NCBI GenBank assembly: GCA_951406725.2
Contig: OX597824.1
Coordinates: forward strand, 20,026,001-20,090,000
Origin: Octopus vulgaris
Lineage: Eukaryota
Direction: 5' to 3'
Length of the DNA: 64,000 nt
Made by a program: the position numbers and the translations under genes. This document shows, piece by piece, positions 28,042-44,318 of this stretch (the first letter of the stretch is position 1; each line of letters begins with the position of its first letter). The notes under the pieces are model-generated. The model saw only the letters and a program-made list of their open reading frames with translations, searched no databases and was not told where the DNA came from.

Positions 28042-31000
28042 GCATATGTATGTGTATACACAGGTGTATGATTGTAAATACATACGTATGAGTGTCTGCA
28101 TGAATGTATGAGGTCATGTGAATATTTTTGGTCATCAATATGAAATATTTAAAATTTATGTGCCAATGCTCAACCATACGATGTCAATGTGCATTTACTT
28201 ATTTCTATTTTGGAGTATAACATTGTGCATGTGTTTGTGCGTGTGGGCGTGTGCAGTTTTGTAGTTAGGTGTTTTGTTGTCTATAAAAGTGCAATTTTCA
28301 TATATATTTTTTTTTTTTTTTTTCTATTTTATTTTCCCCCCTCTCCCTTCTCCTTGCAAATATACGGCCCATTTCTTGTCATCTAATATATAAAAATATA
28401 TATATATATATACGTACTGTTATGTTAACATGTAAATTTTGTTGAAGACAGGTGTTTTTTTTTAAAAAAAAAAAAATAATAAAAGGAAAAATAACATTAA
28501 AAATAAAACTCTTGTTTAGTTAAAGGGGGAGGGTTACTAAGATCTAGGGTGTTTCCCCTACCCCACTACCACCCATTAAATTCCTCGTTAATTACATCAG
28601 AACATATTTATAATGGCATTTCAAGGATTCATCTCAAAACTAGTATGCGTGTGTACGTTTGTGTGTGCGCGTGCGTTTGTGTGTATGTCTGCGTGTTTGT
28701 GCATCATATATATACCTCTACCTCTGACCTAGGAGTCACCTGATTAAAGTGTCACTTGGCCACTTGACTGGGTGTGTGTGTGTGGGGGGAGGGGGACCCT
28801 TCCCCTTGTACCCACCCCCACCCTGCCCTACCCTCCCAAACGGTTGTGAGTTTGTATTCTGACACCAGCCATCTCATTCATATAAGTCCTGGCTGAGAAG
28901 AACCCATCTGTGTACATCATGCTGGGTTTGTTTTAGATGGGCCTGACTATGAAGGGCCCCTTACATCTCAATGAGGAAGTGACACCCCTCCTCCAATGCT
29001 AATATTTTTCTATTTTATTTTTTAGTTTATGTTCGATTATATTTGTCAGTAATTAGGTAGAGATGCAGGTGTAATAATGATAATAATGATAATATCTATA
29101 TTTATTGATAGATCTTCAATATAAACTGGCTCTATCACCCATATCGGAAATTCTTGTCGTGTTTTTCTTTTTATCATAGATTCATTTTATGGGGTAAATA
29201 ATAATTTGGCCATATATATATATATATGTATATATATATATGTGTATATATATATATATGTGTATATATATATATGTGTGTATATATATATATGTGTGTA
29301 TATATATATATATGTGTATATATATATATGTGTATATATATATATATGATATCTATATATGTGTATATATATATATATGATATCTATATATGTGTATATA
29401 TATATATATGATATCTATATATGTATATATATGATATCTATATATGTATATATATGATATCTATATATGTATATATATATATAATGTATATGTACAAGCC
29501 TATGCAGGTGCTATGAATATGTAATGAACTCTGCTAGTGGTCATTCTTATTGTGATGGGGGTGGGTGGGGTTTGGTAATGAAAGAATAAACGAGGTGGGT
29601 GTTTTCTAAGGCAGCTAGACTCACACAAAAAAAAAACAAAAGAAAGAAAAGCAAATGATTGTGACATAAGGGGGTGGGGTGGGGAATGGGGGCGAAGAAA
29701 GAAAAAAAACATTAATTGGAACCGACCATCTTAGGTAATTAGATGGTGGTGGGCATCAACATTGGCAATGGAATGGAAATAATGGTTAGCAAGTACTGGC
29801 ACCGCAGAGCTACTTGTGCCACAAGTACCTGACACATTTTTAACTGCAACTAATTACGCTGTTTAGTACATACATACATGTGTGTATATATATATAAATA
29901 TATGTCTATATATATGTTTGTATGTATAACTGCAACTTCTGGTTCTTGTATTTTGTAAGTGGATTTTTTACTATTCACCAAATTGAGCAGAAATATCTGG
30001 GATACATTAGTTGTGTGTGTGTGTGTGGTGGGGGCTGATAAATGAAATATTTAGAGAGAGGGAGAGAGAGAGAAGCAGATAAATGTTTACAAAAAGAAGC
30101 TAAAATGATTGTGCCAAGTAAAGTTGGGGGGTGGGTATATGAATTATCTCCTTATAATAGTGGTCTGTGCTTATTGCAATTGTTGTATAATATATATTAA
30201 ACGATAACTGTTTCCTTAATTTTTATTTTATTTATTCAGTTTTTTTTTGTTTTTTTAAATATTTTATACTTCACTATCCACCCCCAACAATACACCCACT
30301 CACCCTGATAGATGTGTTTGTTTTTTTTTCAATGAAATTTGAAAAAAAATTTTTTTTAATTATCGTAGGTTAAGAGGAACATTTTCTTCAGATTGAATTT
30401 TTTTTTCTTTTGTTTAAAAATGTTTTACATCCTTTTTCCCCCCCTTATACAAAAACAAAAATGACGGTATTATTGAAAATATGAATATAATTTATTTTTA
30501 AATATAAATTTTGGATTTTTTTTTTTTTTGTGTATATGTATACATGGGTGTGTTTGTTAACGGCAGTTACATAAGACAGTGAAATTTAACAAAAACAACA
30601 AAAAAATCATTTTAAGAACAGGAAAATATAAATACAGGTTACAAAAAAAAATATTAAAGCATAAAAAAAATGGGCCAACAAGGTGAAAGCAAGCAGTTTT
30701 TGCTAATTGGTAATTTTGTATAAGACTATGGGGCGGTCACAAAATGTGCAATATAGAAATTATTTTTCACTGACTAATTGGTGTCTATTAATCAATCATA
30801 ATCTTATTCCCTCTTATATATATAAATATATGTAAAAATATATATGTATATATATATCAAGAACAACAATAATAATAGTAATGATAATAATAATAAACAA
30901 AAGGGTAGGTGGTTCAACGCATGTTACATAACGATATCAGTTTTAATAACATTGTTGTAAGTATTTCTCTCTTGTAAATTTGTATTACCTGTTTTACTTA

Positions 31001-31599
31001 GTTCTGTGTTTACCTTTGGCTCCCAAATAATCTCTGGGATTTACACCTTCATACACACCTTCATATTATATAATAGATATGTATACAAATTCTCTTTTCT
31101 CTGCCCACCTATTTTGAAGTTTTCAATCTACCTTTGCCTCCCTTCTCACCTCGTTTGTTGTAAGACACATACACATTCGCACACACCTGTGTTTCTATTA
31201 TAAGGAAAAACCCTTTTATTTTATAATTCATGTGTGTTAAATAGTTTTATTTTCTTTTAGTTGCTATAACTTAGATTTGATAAAGTGTTCTCATTAATCA
31301 GCTGCTCTCCCTCTCTTTCTCTCTCTCTCTTTCTCTCTCTCTCGCTCTCTCTCTCTCCATTTCCTTATCATCAATACCCACCCTGCTTTGCACTGCTCCA
31401 AGCCCTTTTGTGCTGCCCACTGCCAATGTTAACACCATATAGTTGCTTCAACCCTAATAGTTACCAACTCTGAAAAAAAGAAAATGTGCTAACAACAGCA
31501 CTATCATTGTTTATTTATTTTTTTTATTTATTTTTATTTTTTTTGTTTCTTAGAAGAAAAATGTTTGTTGATATTTTTTTACTCCTAAAAATGGAGCTG

Positions 31600-32160
31600 T
31601 TAGTTTCTAATATGATGCCCAAGGGATGAAATATACTCCAGCCTATAGCTTCTAATAATTCCAAACCAATACATATATACATACATACAAATATATATAT
31701 ATATATATTTATATATGTATTCCTTGCTATAGATTCTAATAACCATACCACAGAGATGAAAAATATACTCCTTGTTATAATTTCTAATAACACTCAACAG
31801 AGATGAAAAATACACTCTCTAATTATCGTTTCTAATAATGCATCACATCAGAGATGAAGACATCTTCCTATAATTTCTAATAATATCCATGAGTTAATAT
31901 ACTCCTTGCTATAATTTCTAATATCAATTTATCAGATATACTCCTGTCTATAATTTCTAATACTCCTTCTTACAGAGCTGAAATATACTCCTGGTTATAG
32001 AGTTTCTAATAAGCCTTTTAAAGAGCTGAATTGTTCTATTGGCTATAGTTTCTAATAAACCCTGTACAGATACAAAGTTTACTCCTTTGCTTTGCTATAG
32101 TTTCCAACAAACTCTTTATAGACATTAAAAATGTACTCCTGGCTCTAGTTTCTAATACGT
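31600..32160. repeat. Degenerate minisatellite, about 12 units of about 38-51 bp
   Basis: Recurrent core atatactcct...ctata(a/g)tttctaata with variable linkers. Confidence 0.8.
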
Positions 32161-34599
32161 CACCCAACACATTCTCCTTGTATTTCTTATTTACCAAACA
32201 TAACGGTTGGTAAATCATAAATGTAAATGACATTTTTTTTTATATATATATATATATTTTTTTTAACCTTTATTAATGTTGCTCTTTCATTAATCTGGAA
32301 ACTGTGCAAAAAGACAAAAAAAAAAATATTACATCTGAGGGTGCGGGTTATGTGAATGTCACACCTTGGAATGTGTTGTGGCTTACATTCATTGCCCACC
32401 CCTCCTTCCCATTCTTAGACTCAATCTTCCATGTCAGGGTTCAGATCTGGGGTCGTCTTAAACTTAAGACTCCCATCAAGGGTGTATCAGTATTTTGGTG
32501 GTGGTGGTCGTGGTGGTTGTGGTCGTGGTGGTAGATTAAAAACAAGGGAGGGTGCTTTTAGTTTTTTTTTATTGTATTTTTATATTAATTTAGGTTCTCC
32601 CTTTTTGTACGTTTGTTTTATATACCCCCCTCCATTCTCATCCCCTTCTCCACCACCAGCTGCAGTACTCAATATTGATATAATTATTCTAATTAATATA
32701 TTTATATTGATTAATCTAAATTGGTTTTAAATTCTAATTTTTCCTCTTTTTTTTTTTTTTGGTGGTATTAGAAAAATGTAGATTAGAGCACCACCCACCT
32801 CCCTCTCTTCCCTTGTTCCTCTTCTCTTCATAGTTTTTATCAGTCATCATCATCATCATCATAGTCATTAGGCAATGTGGTGGTGGAGGAGGAGGAGGCT
32901 AGTGGTCAAGTTCTCAATGAGCCAGATTCCATCTCTGGTCCAGTTTAATCCAGCCAGATCTGGAGTAGTGATGAACACCACATATTCCCATCACCCTCTC
33001 TCCCTCCTTCTTAGTACATCCATCATTTCTAATTCCTATCATCATCATCATCATCATCTTCTTCATTATCATCATCATCATCATTATTTTCGTTGTTGTT
33101 GTTGTTGTTGCTGTTGTGACAGGCCAGTGGATGGATGCAGTGAGAGGAAAAAATACTATATCTTGGTGTGAATGGAATTTGCAGCCCGGTTTTAATTGAG
33201 TTCCGTGACAGAGGGGATGGGAGTGGAGGTGGAGAGGAAGATGCTTTGCTTAACGATGATGCCGCTTCGTTATTCCTTAGAAAAAGGCATAAACATCACA
33301 ACTTCTCACTGGTACACGATTTCAATTGTCAGTATGTTTTTATCGGAATTTCATCTTCAACAGATGGCCTTCTTCTCTCTTGCCCCTTCCTTTCTCCTAA
33401 TAATCCCTTTCTTTCTTTCTTCCACCACCACCACCACTACTGCCACCAACCTAATCCCCCCACCCTCCACCCTTGTTGTACCCAGATTTTTAAGGGCTTC
33501 CCCCTTGGTGTAGTGCTCTGTTCACAAAGGGTCTGTAATCAAGGAAATATGTTTACCAGTGTATTTTCTTGACTAACAATGCAGCTTTTCTTGAAAGCAC
33601 AAGTTCTACATTTTTTTTTTATATATACAAATATATATATATATAATTATTATTATTATTACTATTATCATTATCTTTGTGTGTGTGTGTGTGTTTTTTC
33701 GTTTTTTTTTAATTAATAATTAAAAATTCTTTAATAGTAAACGACAAATCAAGAATTGTCTAGCGGAAAAAATAAAATAAAATAAAAAAACAACAAAAAA
33801 TAGTTCTTGTCAGTATGGTTGTTTGTTATGCTGTTGTTTGTTTCTTCGATTTTTTTTTTTTTTTGGTCCTCCACTCCTACCCCACACCTCTCACACTCTC
33901 TCTTTCTTTCTTTGGTCCTTATTTTTCCAATATTTTGTCAACTGGGCAATTTGCTGGAATATCTGTCTATTTGGTGTTTTAGAAATATTACAAGAAAAAA
34001 AAAAAAGACTCATTTTTCTCTCTTGAAAGGTAAAAAAAAAATCTTATTTTTCTATTAAAAAACAGAAATGTGTAAAAAAAATTACAAAACAAAACAAAAA
34101 ACTTGGATTGTTCACTTCCAGTTTAATTCATTTATTTATTACTATTATTATTATTATCATTATTATGTGGTGTTTTTTCTTTTTTTTTCTCTATCTTCTA
34201 CCCCACCCCACTTATGTTTCAATTTATAAAGACTTCGAGAGAAAAATATACACGACAAAATTTTAACTTCGTTGCTTGTCTAATCAACAAATCTGTCTAA
34301 TCACTTTTTTTTTTAATCAATGAGGGGGAATTTATTTTTCTTTTTTTTTTCTTTAATGTAAGGTCTAAGGGCTGAAGATCTGGCTAATATGGGTTCAGCC
34401 TTTGACCTTTTTTCTGCCATTCTGGACTTATTCTTCCAGTGATATTATTTTATTTGCGACATGTTTTTATATTATCATTATTATTATTACTATTATTATT
34501 GCAAAACTCATTAACAACAAAATAAAACTGAATCAAATTTATAATGTTCTGTCATTTGATAAGGCTCTATGAATTAAGCACTATATGTGTATGTATGTA

Positions 34600-34643
<44 letters not shown>

Positions 34644-34968
34644 TATAATTAGCCTATTTACAGATATATATTTAGGTGTAGGCATGAATACAAATGTTTG
34701 TATGTATGAATTTATTATTCTTATATAAAGTAAAATTCCCTTTCTTGCCAAGTGGACATTTTACAGAACTGTTCTTTCAGCTCTTTGAAAAAAGGAAAAT
34801 AGAAGACACACATACATTTTAGCACACACACACAGAGTAAAACAAGACCAACTATAAAAACTAAGAAATACTTGCCACTATGAATTTTTGATTCCTTATT
34901 CAAGCAATTTTATTCTCTAAAGTTAATTTGAATTCACAAATGTTCCAATGTTCAACATTATATATATG

Positions 34969-34999
<31 letters not shown>

Positions 35000-35719
35000 G
35001 CGTGTGTTTTGCACATGCGTAAACACAACACTTAGCAACAGAAGACATACATGCAATTCAAAGTTTTTTGGGTTTTTTTTCTCAGGAACAGTGGCCATAA
35101 TGCAGAGCTAATTAAAAGTAGTAATGAGTATTTGTACTTTTAAATCTTGATGTGTGTGAGGGTTAGGGCTGACCATCTTTGCCACTGGGGTAAACACAAA
35201 AACTGCCTGTTCTGTTGAGATGGGTTGCTGGCAGTGAACAAAGCAGTCTTATCATTACTGTCTAATAAATAATCGAACAGGCATGTGCTCCACATGCTCT
35301 GATATTTCAACAAAACACATTTGTAAAATTAATTTTGTGTATTATTTAAATATAAGAACATTTTTAAAATATCATAAGGATGTATGAAAACAAGTGTGTA
35401 TCACCTCATTACACAGAAATATTTTTTATGGTTAATATTATGAGAATATTTTCATCATAATGATGGTGGTGGGGTGGGAAATGTGTAAGGATGAGGAAAG
35501 AAAAAGCGATAAAATAATAATAATAATAATGATGATGAAGATGATAACTGCAATTGCCGGTCAACAAAGTTTATGTAAAAGGGTGCACTAGAAAAACCCA
35601 TTGATTGTTCAGAGTCTAAGGATACGTGCTAGGGGACAACATGGGTATTTCTGGACAATAAAACAAGCACTTCTATGATTATTATCATTATTATTATTAT
35701 TGGAGTGGTATGGCTAATA

Positions 35720-35832
<113 letters not shown>

Positions 35833-36541
35833 GTATATATGTATGTGTATATATATATATAAATGTATATATGTATGTGTATATATATATATAAATGTAT
35901 ATATGTATGTGTATATATATATATTACTTTTTCTTTTGTTTGTTTCCTTTGCGCAAAATACAAAAATGTAAAGAATAAAATAAAAAAGAATTTGAATCAA
36001 AACAAACAACATGCAAAATACCACTCAGTTTGATGTAAAAGAGAGACCCAAATCTAGAAACTCATCAGCCAAGAAAATATAAATTTAACTGAAGAAGTGT
36101 AATAATAATAATAATAATAATAATGATAATAATAATAATCCATGTTAATGTCATTATGCCATAATGTGATTCCAAAAATGCGCTGCTCTAATAGTGATTC
36201 CAATTGGCCGGAAAAAGAAACTACATACCATCGGACTAATAATGTTGGGTTGTATGTATTATATTTTCGCTTTGGTATCACCACAATGTTCTATGCTAGT
36301 ACTTCCCTTGATTTTCTTCTAATATTTTTCCCTCTCCCCACTTCCACCTCTCTCTCTCTCTCTCTCTCTCTCTCTACAATGGTGACATCTGTGAGTGTGT
36401 GATTGATACAAAGCATGTAGAATATATATTTCTTTATATATTGTGTTTATCTTGATTCTGGCCAGACTCACTGCTATTATATAATTAGTATAGCGTACTG
36501 ATTGTCATTTGTTTATGAACATAACACAGACACACACACAC

Positions 36542-36674
<133 letters not shown>

Positions 36675-37445
36675 CATATATATATATATATATGCATATA
36701 CATATATGCATATACATATATGCATATATATATACATATATGCATATATATATATGCATATACATATATGCATATATATATGCATATACATATATGCATA
36801 TATATATGCATATATATATATATATATATATATGCATATACATATATATATATTATACGTTGTGTATATGTGGGCACACAACTTTTATTTTCTGTCAAAT
36901 GGCCTTTTGTATAGTATTAACAATACACTCATGAATCCTGTTCCCCAAATACATTCAATAATTGATTGATTGATTGATTGATCATGTAAAACTTACCACC
37001 CACCCTTAAAATCCCCTTCCCCCGCTCCTCTTCTCCTTCTCTGTAAAGTACTTTTTTTATTCCCTCTTCCTGTGGTTTCAGTTCATAAGATAGATAGATA
37101 GATAAATAGATAGATAGATATGATACGATATATTATATGATCTATGTGATATCAAATAGAGGAGGAGGGGAAATGATAAATAAAGAATTACTGCTCTTTA
37201 TTTATATATATTTTTTTTTGTAGTTTTTATTTAAATTTTTTTTTTTTTTGGTTCACTCCTTTTCTCCCCTCCTTCTCCAAATAAGTCTTCTTTTCACTAA
37301 TGTCTATGATTTAGGAATGGTCGATTTTGTGATAAACATGACTTCTGTTAATTGTACCGTTTTCTGTCTGTTTTTTGTTTGTTTTGTTTATTCTGATCAT
37401 CTCACTTAGAATTAGCACAGATTAGTATGGTGTGCATATGTGAGT

Positions 37446-37502
<57 letters not shown>

Positions 37503-39663
37503 TGCACACACACACACATCTATACATCCAATGATCACCTTCTGATGTCACCAATTAGTGAATGAGTGCATAGCATGCATGTGTGTATGGGTTTATGTAT
37601 GCACGTACGTGAGTGTGTTTGTATCTATTCTACCTGTGTGATTTAGACTCACTGTATATTTTATTTTTTATTTTAAACCTTTTTAAAATTCATTTTTACA
37701 CCTTGTGCTCAAAAAAAAAAAAATCTTAAAAGAAGAAAAAAAAAACTTTAAAAACATAATATTCTGAACCAATTTGTAATAGTCTTGTTGGTACATTAGT
37801 ATGTATACTGCAGGACGTTGAAAGATATCTTGCATTCCTGTTGCATTTTGGTTGATGTCACATCTTGTATTTGTATTGGAAAAAACCATATCTGGGGGAA
37901 AAAAATTTTTTTTGAATAACTATGTAATTATTATTATCCACTATGTCAAATCTACATCTATGTAATCTTATTTCTACCAATGTTAAAATAATTATGATGA
38001 TGATGATCATTTTTTTTTAAATCTATAATTAAATTTTTTTTTAAATTTAATAACAAAGCAGATGAAAAATGTTTTTGTTTTTTTTTGTGTGTCTTTTTCA
38101 TCTGTATTGGAAGACAAACAACAAAAAAATTTGGTATTTCAAAATCAAATATTCCTGTGGTGGTGATTTCCGTTTTAAAAATATGTGACATCTTCTGCCC
38201 GATGCCCTGTCAAATGTTTACGTACTACAACTACTACTACTACTACTAATAATAATAATAACAATAATGATATGAGAGATATAATGGTATGTTTGATGCC
38301 TGTTATATAACTCTGTATACAAACTTGTTCTTCCAATATTAAAAATAATAATTATGATAAAAGAAAAAAAAAAAGAAAGAAAAAAAAGAAAAACACACAC
38401 ACACTAAGCTCCATTCTTCCATTCATGCCATATTTAACATTTCAAAAATAGACAATAATAATAATAATAATACAATCATACAATTTGATAACGAACCTTT
38501 GGAATGTGTATTACACTTTTACCTGAAGAAGGGACAAGAATGAAAAAAAGAAAACAAATGATACAATATGAAAAAAAAACAGTATTTTTTCTTTTTAAAT
38601 ATTAAGATATCTAAAATATATAAATATATATATATGTATATATATATACATATATATATATAATGACATTACATCAACAAAGATCATTACATATTCATGG
38701 AAGAAGGAAGCATTCTGGTTTTTGTTTGTTTTTTTTATTTTTTTTTTTTTTTTAATTATTCCTTTGAAGGTTTCTCAAATCTAAGATTGGAGATCTTGTT
38801 ACCCAGTCTTTATTCTTTATTCTTTATTCAGCTTGTACAGAAAATTTCAACAAAACTTCTGTGCATCACGATGATGATGATGATGATGATAACTTTTTTT
38901 TTAAAGTTTGCATGTGTGTATGTATGTATGTACATGCGTGTATGTGTGTGTGTGTCTTGACTCTTATTCTTTCAAAACATTGATTTGAGAATTAGTTCTT
39001 ACTATATGGTGCTCACAATAAAAAAAAACATTTGTCTTCTCCTTTTTCACAAATTTCTCATAGTTCTTTTTTTTTTTTTTCAATGTGTTCTTATATATAT
39101 ATATGTGTGTGTATATATATATATATATGTATATATAATATACACACATACATGGTTGTGTATTCCTGATAAAGATGAGAGTGAGATTGGTGCAATGTAT
39201 GTTTGAATGTGATACACTGTATGATTTGTGTGAATATTGAATATAAAGGTCCCCTTGAAAAAAAAAGGGGGTTTGCACCTGTTCTGCTTAATAGTCCCCA
39301 CCCCCCAATTCCATGTGACCCCAAACCAATATAAACAATAAGGAATGGAATTTTTTGTTTGTTTTTTTTTTGTTTTTTTTTTAACTTTTTTCATAAATTT
39401 AATTTTTAAAAAAAAACTTGTTTCTCCTTAATTTATTATTCCTCCACCCCACCACTGTTCTCTTTCCCCATACCCCCCACGCCCCACCACCCCACAACTC
39501 GACCTATGACATCATCAATGTTTTTCTTTCCAACCATAGCATGTCCCCCTTCCCCCCTTTGTCTTTCAATGTATTTGTAGTAAAATGACTGTTGTAAAAA
39601 ACGACGACACCATCTGACCTACTGTGTCACTTCCACACCTAAGCACTGTATGACGTTTTAAAC

Positions 39664-39669
39664 AATAAA
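39664..39669 (+). terminator. Candidate polyadenylation signal
   Basis: AATAAA with upstream TGTA motifs and a downstream T/CT-rich tract, at the edge of the TE-poor block. Confidence 0.35.
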
Positions 39670-39983
39670 ATACAAATATATATATATATCTGTCTTTTTT
39701 TTCTCTCTCTCTCTCTCTCGTTTCTCTTCCTCATCCCCTCTTTCTTAGAGTCACATAAGGCATATATATGCGAAAATGGTTATATATAAAATGCTAACGA
39801 AAGAGTCGTAAATAAAAATATATTTTACATAGTTCCAGTGCCAATGCTGTTTGATATAGAACAACCTGTTTGATAGAGGAGATAGAAATATTTGTTATAT
39901 CAAAAAAATTGGCTCAGAATTTCACCCTTGGCTGTTCATGATAGTCGTGAAGAGCCAAAGAATAGATGCCCAACTTTTGACAT

Positions 39984-40018
<35 letters not shown>

Positions 40019-40803
40019 CGTGTGTGCGTATGTGTTAGTTTGTCTGAAGAATTTAGAAACTCCAAGACCTGAAATAAAATTTTTTGACCCACTGTTTACA
40101 TGCTCTTATACATAGCTTTATCTACTTTGAATTCCACCATTGGAAACAATTTACCAATATGTACATATGTTACTAGTCTTCTGTAGAATTTTATTGAATT
40201 TCAAGAACTGCTTGCATTAAATACCTAAGCCAATGAACGGGGCTTCTACATAGTCAGTCTTCCAGCTCATTGAAATAGCTAGAATTTCCTCAACCAATTT
40301 CACTATCATCTTTGAAAAGCAAGATCCACGATCCGTGATCCTTGGAACATCATGTCCCACCAACACCACCAAATTGGCTAGGCATATTGGATGTACCGTT
40401 CTTCTTATTAACCTTTCCTAAAGAAGTAAATACAGCAACAAACATTTCTGAATAACACCCTAGGCTTATTGTTTTAAATAAATGTCGCCTCAGGTTTTGA
40501 TCTCTATCATTTCAACCCCTGACTGCTTCCACTCACAAATCAACAAATATCCAGTGGAAAATTATATGGTTATGAAAACGTATTTACAAGAAATACACAG
40601 CTTTCTTTGTGTTATCGTTATTCACTTTTATTCATAATACTCTGTCTCTTAATCTCATGCAATACAGAGATTATTAATGGTCAAATATTTAGTAACTTGA
40701 TTTGCTATTAGCTGAAGTAAGGGAACGCATATGCACACACAAGATAATAAATATATCCACTTCACTTCTTCCAACATGGGAAATTGATATTTTCACTTTC
40801 AGG

Positions 40804-40842
<39 letters not shown>

Positions 40843-40844
<2 letters not shown>

Positions 40845-41475
40845 GGTGGCAAGCTGGCAGAATTGTTAATGCGCTGGACGAAATGCTTAACAGTATTTCG
40901 CCTGTCGTTACATTCTGAGTTCAAATTCCACTGAGGTTGACTCTACCTTTCATCTTTTCAGGGTCGATGAAATAAGTACCTGTGAAATACTGGGGTCGTC
41001 AATGCAATTGACTAAACCCTCCCTGCAAAATTTCAGGCCTTGTGCCTTTAGTAGAAAGGATCATCATTATTATTATTATTAAGGCAACAAGCTAGTAGAA
41101 TCATTAGCATGCCAGGCAAAACGCTTAGCAGCATTTTGTCTAACTTATTCTGAGTTCAAGTGCTACCGGGGTCAACTTTGCCTTTCATACTTTAAGGGTT
41201 GGGATCAGTGTAATTGACTATCCCCTTGCCCCAAATTTCAGGCCTTGTGCCTACTGTAGAAAGGATTATTATTAGAATGGCTGAACCATTAGAATATAGG
41301 GAAAAATCTTATGGATATTTGGTCTGGATTTTTACATTCTGTGTTCAAATTCCACTGAGATCAGCTTCACCTTTCATCTCTCCAGGGTCCGTAATATAAA
41401 GTAGCACTCGAGTACTGAAGTTGATTTAATCGACTAACCCTCCGCACATCTATTTCTGGCATTGTGCCTGTGTTA
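40843..41475 (+). mobile_element. Three tandem SINE family B variant copies separated by (ATT)n
   Basis: Repeated ggcaagctggcagaa...gagttcaaattcc...aatttcaggccttgtgcct. Confidence 0.82.
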
Positions 41476-42263
41476 AACAACTATTCTTGTTGTAATGTGA
41501 ACGTAAAAAAGGCTCAAGGTTTAGTTTCAGTTTTTCACCGAAACCCCTTCACCTCCATATCCATGCCCTCAGAGCAAGTATGAACATCCAGCTTTGCCTT
41601 TTCTTTAAGCTCCTGAGCTTTGCGCCTGGGTAGCACACTGTTATTATTATTATTATTACAATGAGATTAGCGTAGTATATGGGAAACTAATCAACTAATC
41701 CCTCATGGTTTCAGTTCTGCATTGGAATCATTTCACATCACTTGCATTGTTAATATCCTTGAGATAAGTATAAACAAAGCAACCTCTGTAGCTGCTGCCC
41801 TCAATCAACCAATCTTATAGCTTTCTACTTCAGCTACACATTATTAGCTGTGAGCTGGAGAGAGAAGAAAAATGCTACTTAAGACATGTATGTCACAAGT
41901 TTCATATTTCTTTCTCATATCTTTCTGTACCCTGATTTTTGGTTTCATTTAAAATTATATATTGCTCTGGGAATTTAAATGTTTGTTTAGTTGTTTTGCT
42001 CGTCTCATCTTAAACATTTGGTTAGCTCTATAAAAATATATTTAGATAAGTAACTGGATAGATATATATCATTCTATAAGGTCATTCACCCAAGCAATCA
42101 TTTAACACTGACGAATAAGCTAATTCAGGTTCGATCAATGTAAGAGATCGGGGCTCTTTTTTACCCCTCACATTGTCAAATTCCCTTTTAGTTTATATAT
42201 GAGAATCCTACATGTAAACTTCTACATCTTCAGACATTATGTCCCACAAAGATGGTATATAAT

Positions 42264-42494
42264 GGCGGCGAGCTGGCAGAAACGTTAGCACACCGGGCGA
42301 AATGCGTAGCCGTATTTCGTCTGCCGTTACGTTCTGAGTTCAAATTCAGCTGAGGTTGACTTTGCCTTTCATCCTTTCGGAGTCGATAAAATAAGTACCA
42401 GTTATGCACTGAGGTCGATTTAATCGACTTAATCCATTTGTCTGTTCTTGTTTGTCCCCTCTGTGTTTAGCCCCTTGTGGGTAGTAAAGAAATA
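42264..42494 (+). mobile_element. SINE family B, full length
   Basis: Consensus match; 10-bp TSD ggtatataat (42254-42263, 42495-42504). Confidence 0.92.
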
Positions 42495-44097
42495 GGTATA
42501 TAATCGCAGCTAAGAGATACAGATAAAATGCTTTATTTAGACAGTTGTCTAATTTAGATGTTCAATGAGAGCTAATTAAAAATTACCGGGCAGTTCGTTA
42601 ACTTCAAAAAGCTTTGAGAGGTGACAAAAGCTAGTAAAGAATATGTGGAAGGTTTAGCATTTTGTGGGCCATAGAAGAGAAGAGCTGTTGGCACTGGTAG
42701 TTCAGTCTGTTGTTAAAAATAAGATTCTATATCGAACAGATTTGAGTGTCTTAGAGAAGGAATGTTAGAATATATATATATGGCAAATAAATCAATACAA
42801 TGACTGTTTGATTATTATAGATGATTTCTCTTTATTACAACCATTTATCTAGCTTTTATGTTGTATGGTCTCTCTTCTTTTTAATCCTGCGTAGAAGTGA
42901 AAAGAAAAGCAAATGTCACATGACCTGGAAACTCTTTCTGTATAAAAAACAAAACAAAACTCTGATTCATCTCTTTAATTCTTTAACAGTCTGGTTCCCA
43001 GCAACTAAGGAATGAGATCTTGATTCAGAAATTTCCACTATTAAATCTCTGGATGTTTTCTGTTTATATTTAAATGTGTCTATCTATCTACCTATCCATC
43101 TATCTATCTATCTCTCTGTCTATCTATCTATCTATCTATGTGTGTATGTACATACATACATACTTACATACTCTTATGTATGAATTGTGGTCAAATGTAA
43201 TGTCATTTCTCTCGGTTCGATAAATTTCTAATATTTCTGAAATTCTTGTAAGTTTCAGCTGACAGCTTATTCAACCAGATTGAACAAGCCATCAGACCAA
43301 ACTTCAAACTCCCAATCAACATGAGTTTTTTGTCATAAATGTAAACTCTACTCTCAGTATTGAATCCACCTTCTCTTCCCCATCACCATCACCACCACCA
43401 TCACTAAATGTTCTGCTGTTATTCTTAAACTTGTGTTTTAATAATAACTTTAATTTAACATTTAGATAAAACATTATCCACCTTTTGTTGGAGTGTTCGG
43501 CTCTTACTTGTACTGTACATACCCCCACCATCACCACCATCATCAATACTACTGACTCCTTTCTAATATTTATCTATTTCTCCTTTTTTTTGTTATTTTT
43601 ACCAATGTATCTTTCTGTGACTCCAAAATCATTCTTCCACCTTACATTTTACCTCATTCACTCTTCCGAAATAATCCATTTTGGCAAGACCATTGACAGA
43701 ACACATAGCATGTTTGATACCTTGCCGTGATTATCTCCCCTTTATTTGCATTCTCTAATTGTGAAAATGGAAAAAAAATTAATCAATTGCCTCACAGAAA
43801 AGGTCGAGAATATTTCATCTGCATCATTTTGTTATTTATTTAACTTTTTTTTGTTTTTTGGGGTGTTTTTTTTTTTTTCCAGCTTAATTATTTTTCTAAT
43901 ATCACCCACTCTGCTCTCCCACTGCCCCTCCTTCCTCTCCATACCCTACCACTACCACCTCAACAAAACAAACAAAAAAAAAAGATCATTAAACTCTTTT
44001 ACTGAAAATAGTTTTTTGGGGTTTTTTTTTGGTATTTTTTTTCAAGTTTTTATTCCCCCTTTTTTGAAAAATTTAATTTGTTATTTTTTTAACTTCC

Positions 44098-44151
<54 letters not shown>

Positions 44152-44282
44152 TAATTAATTTCCTCAACTGTAATATTACTCCTACATGTTTCTAATCATA
44201 TATATGTATACATATATATGTATATATATATATATATTATGTATATATATATTATCTGTGTATAAATTTTGTATTGTTTCAC

Positions 44283-44318
<36 letters not shown>

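Noticed and set aside
31600-32160. CRISPR array
   Set aside because: Eukaryotic context, degenerate repeats, related linkers, no cas genes
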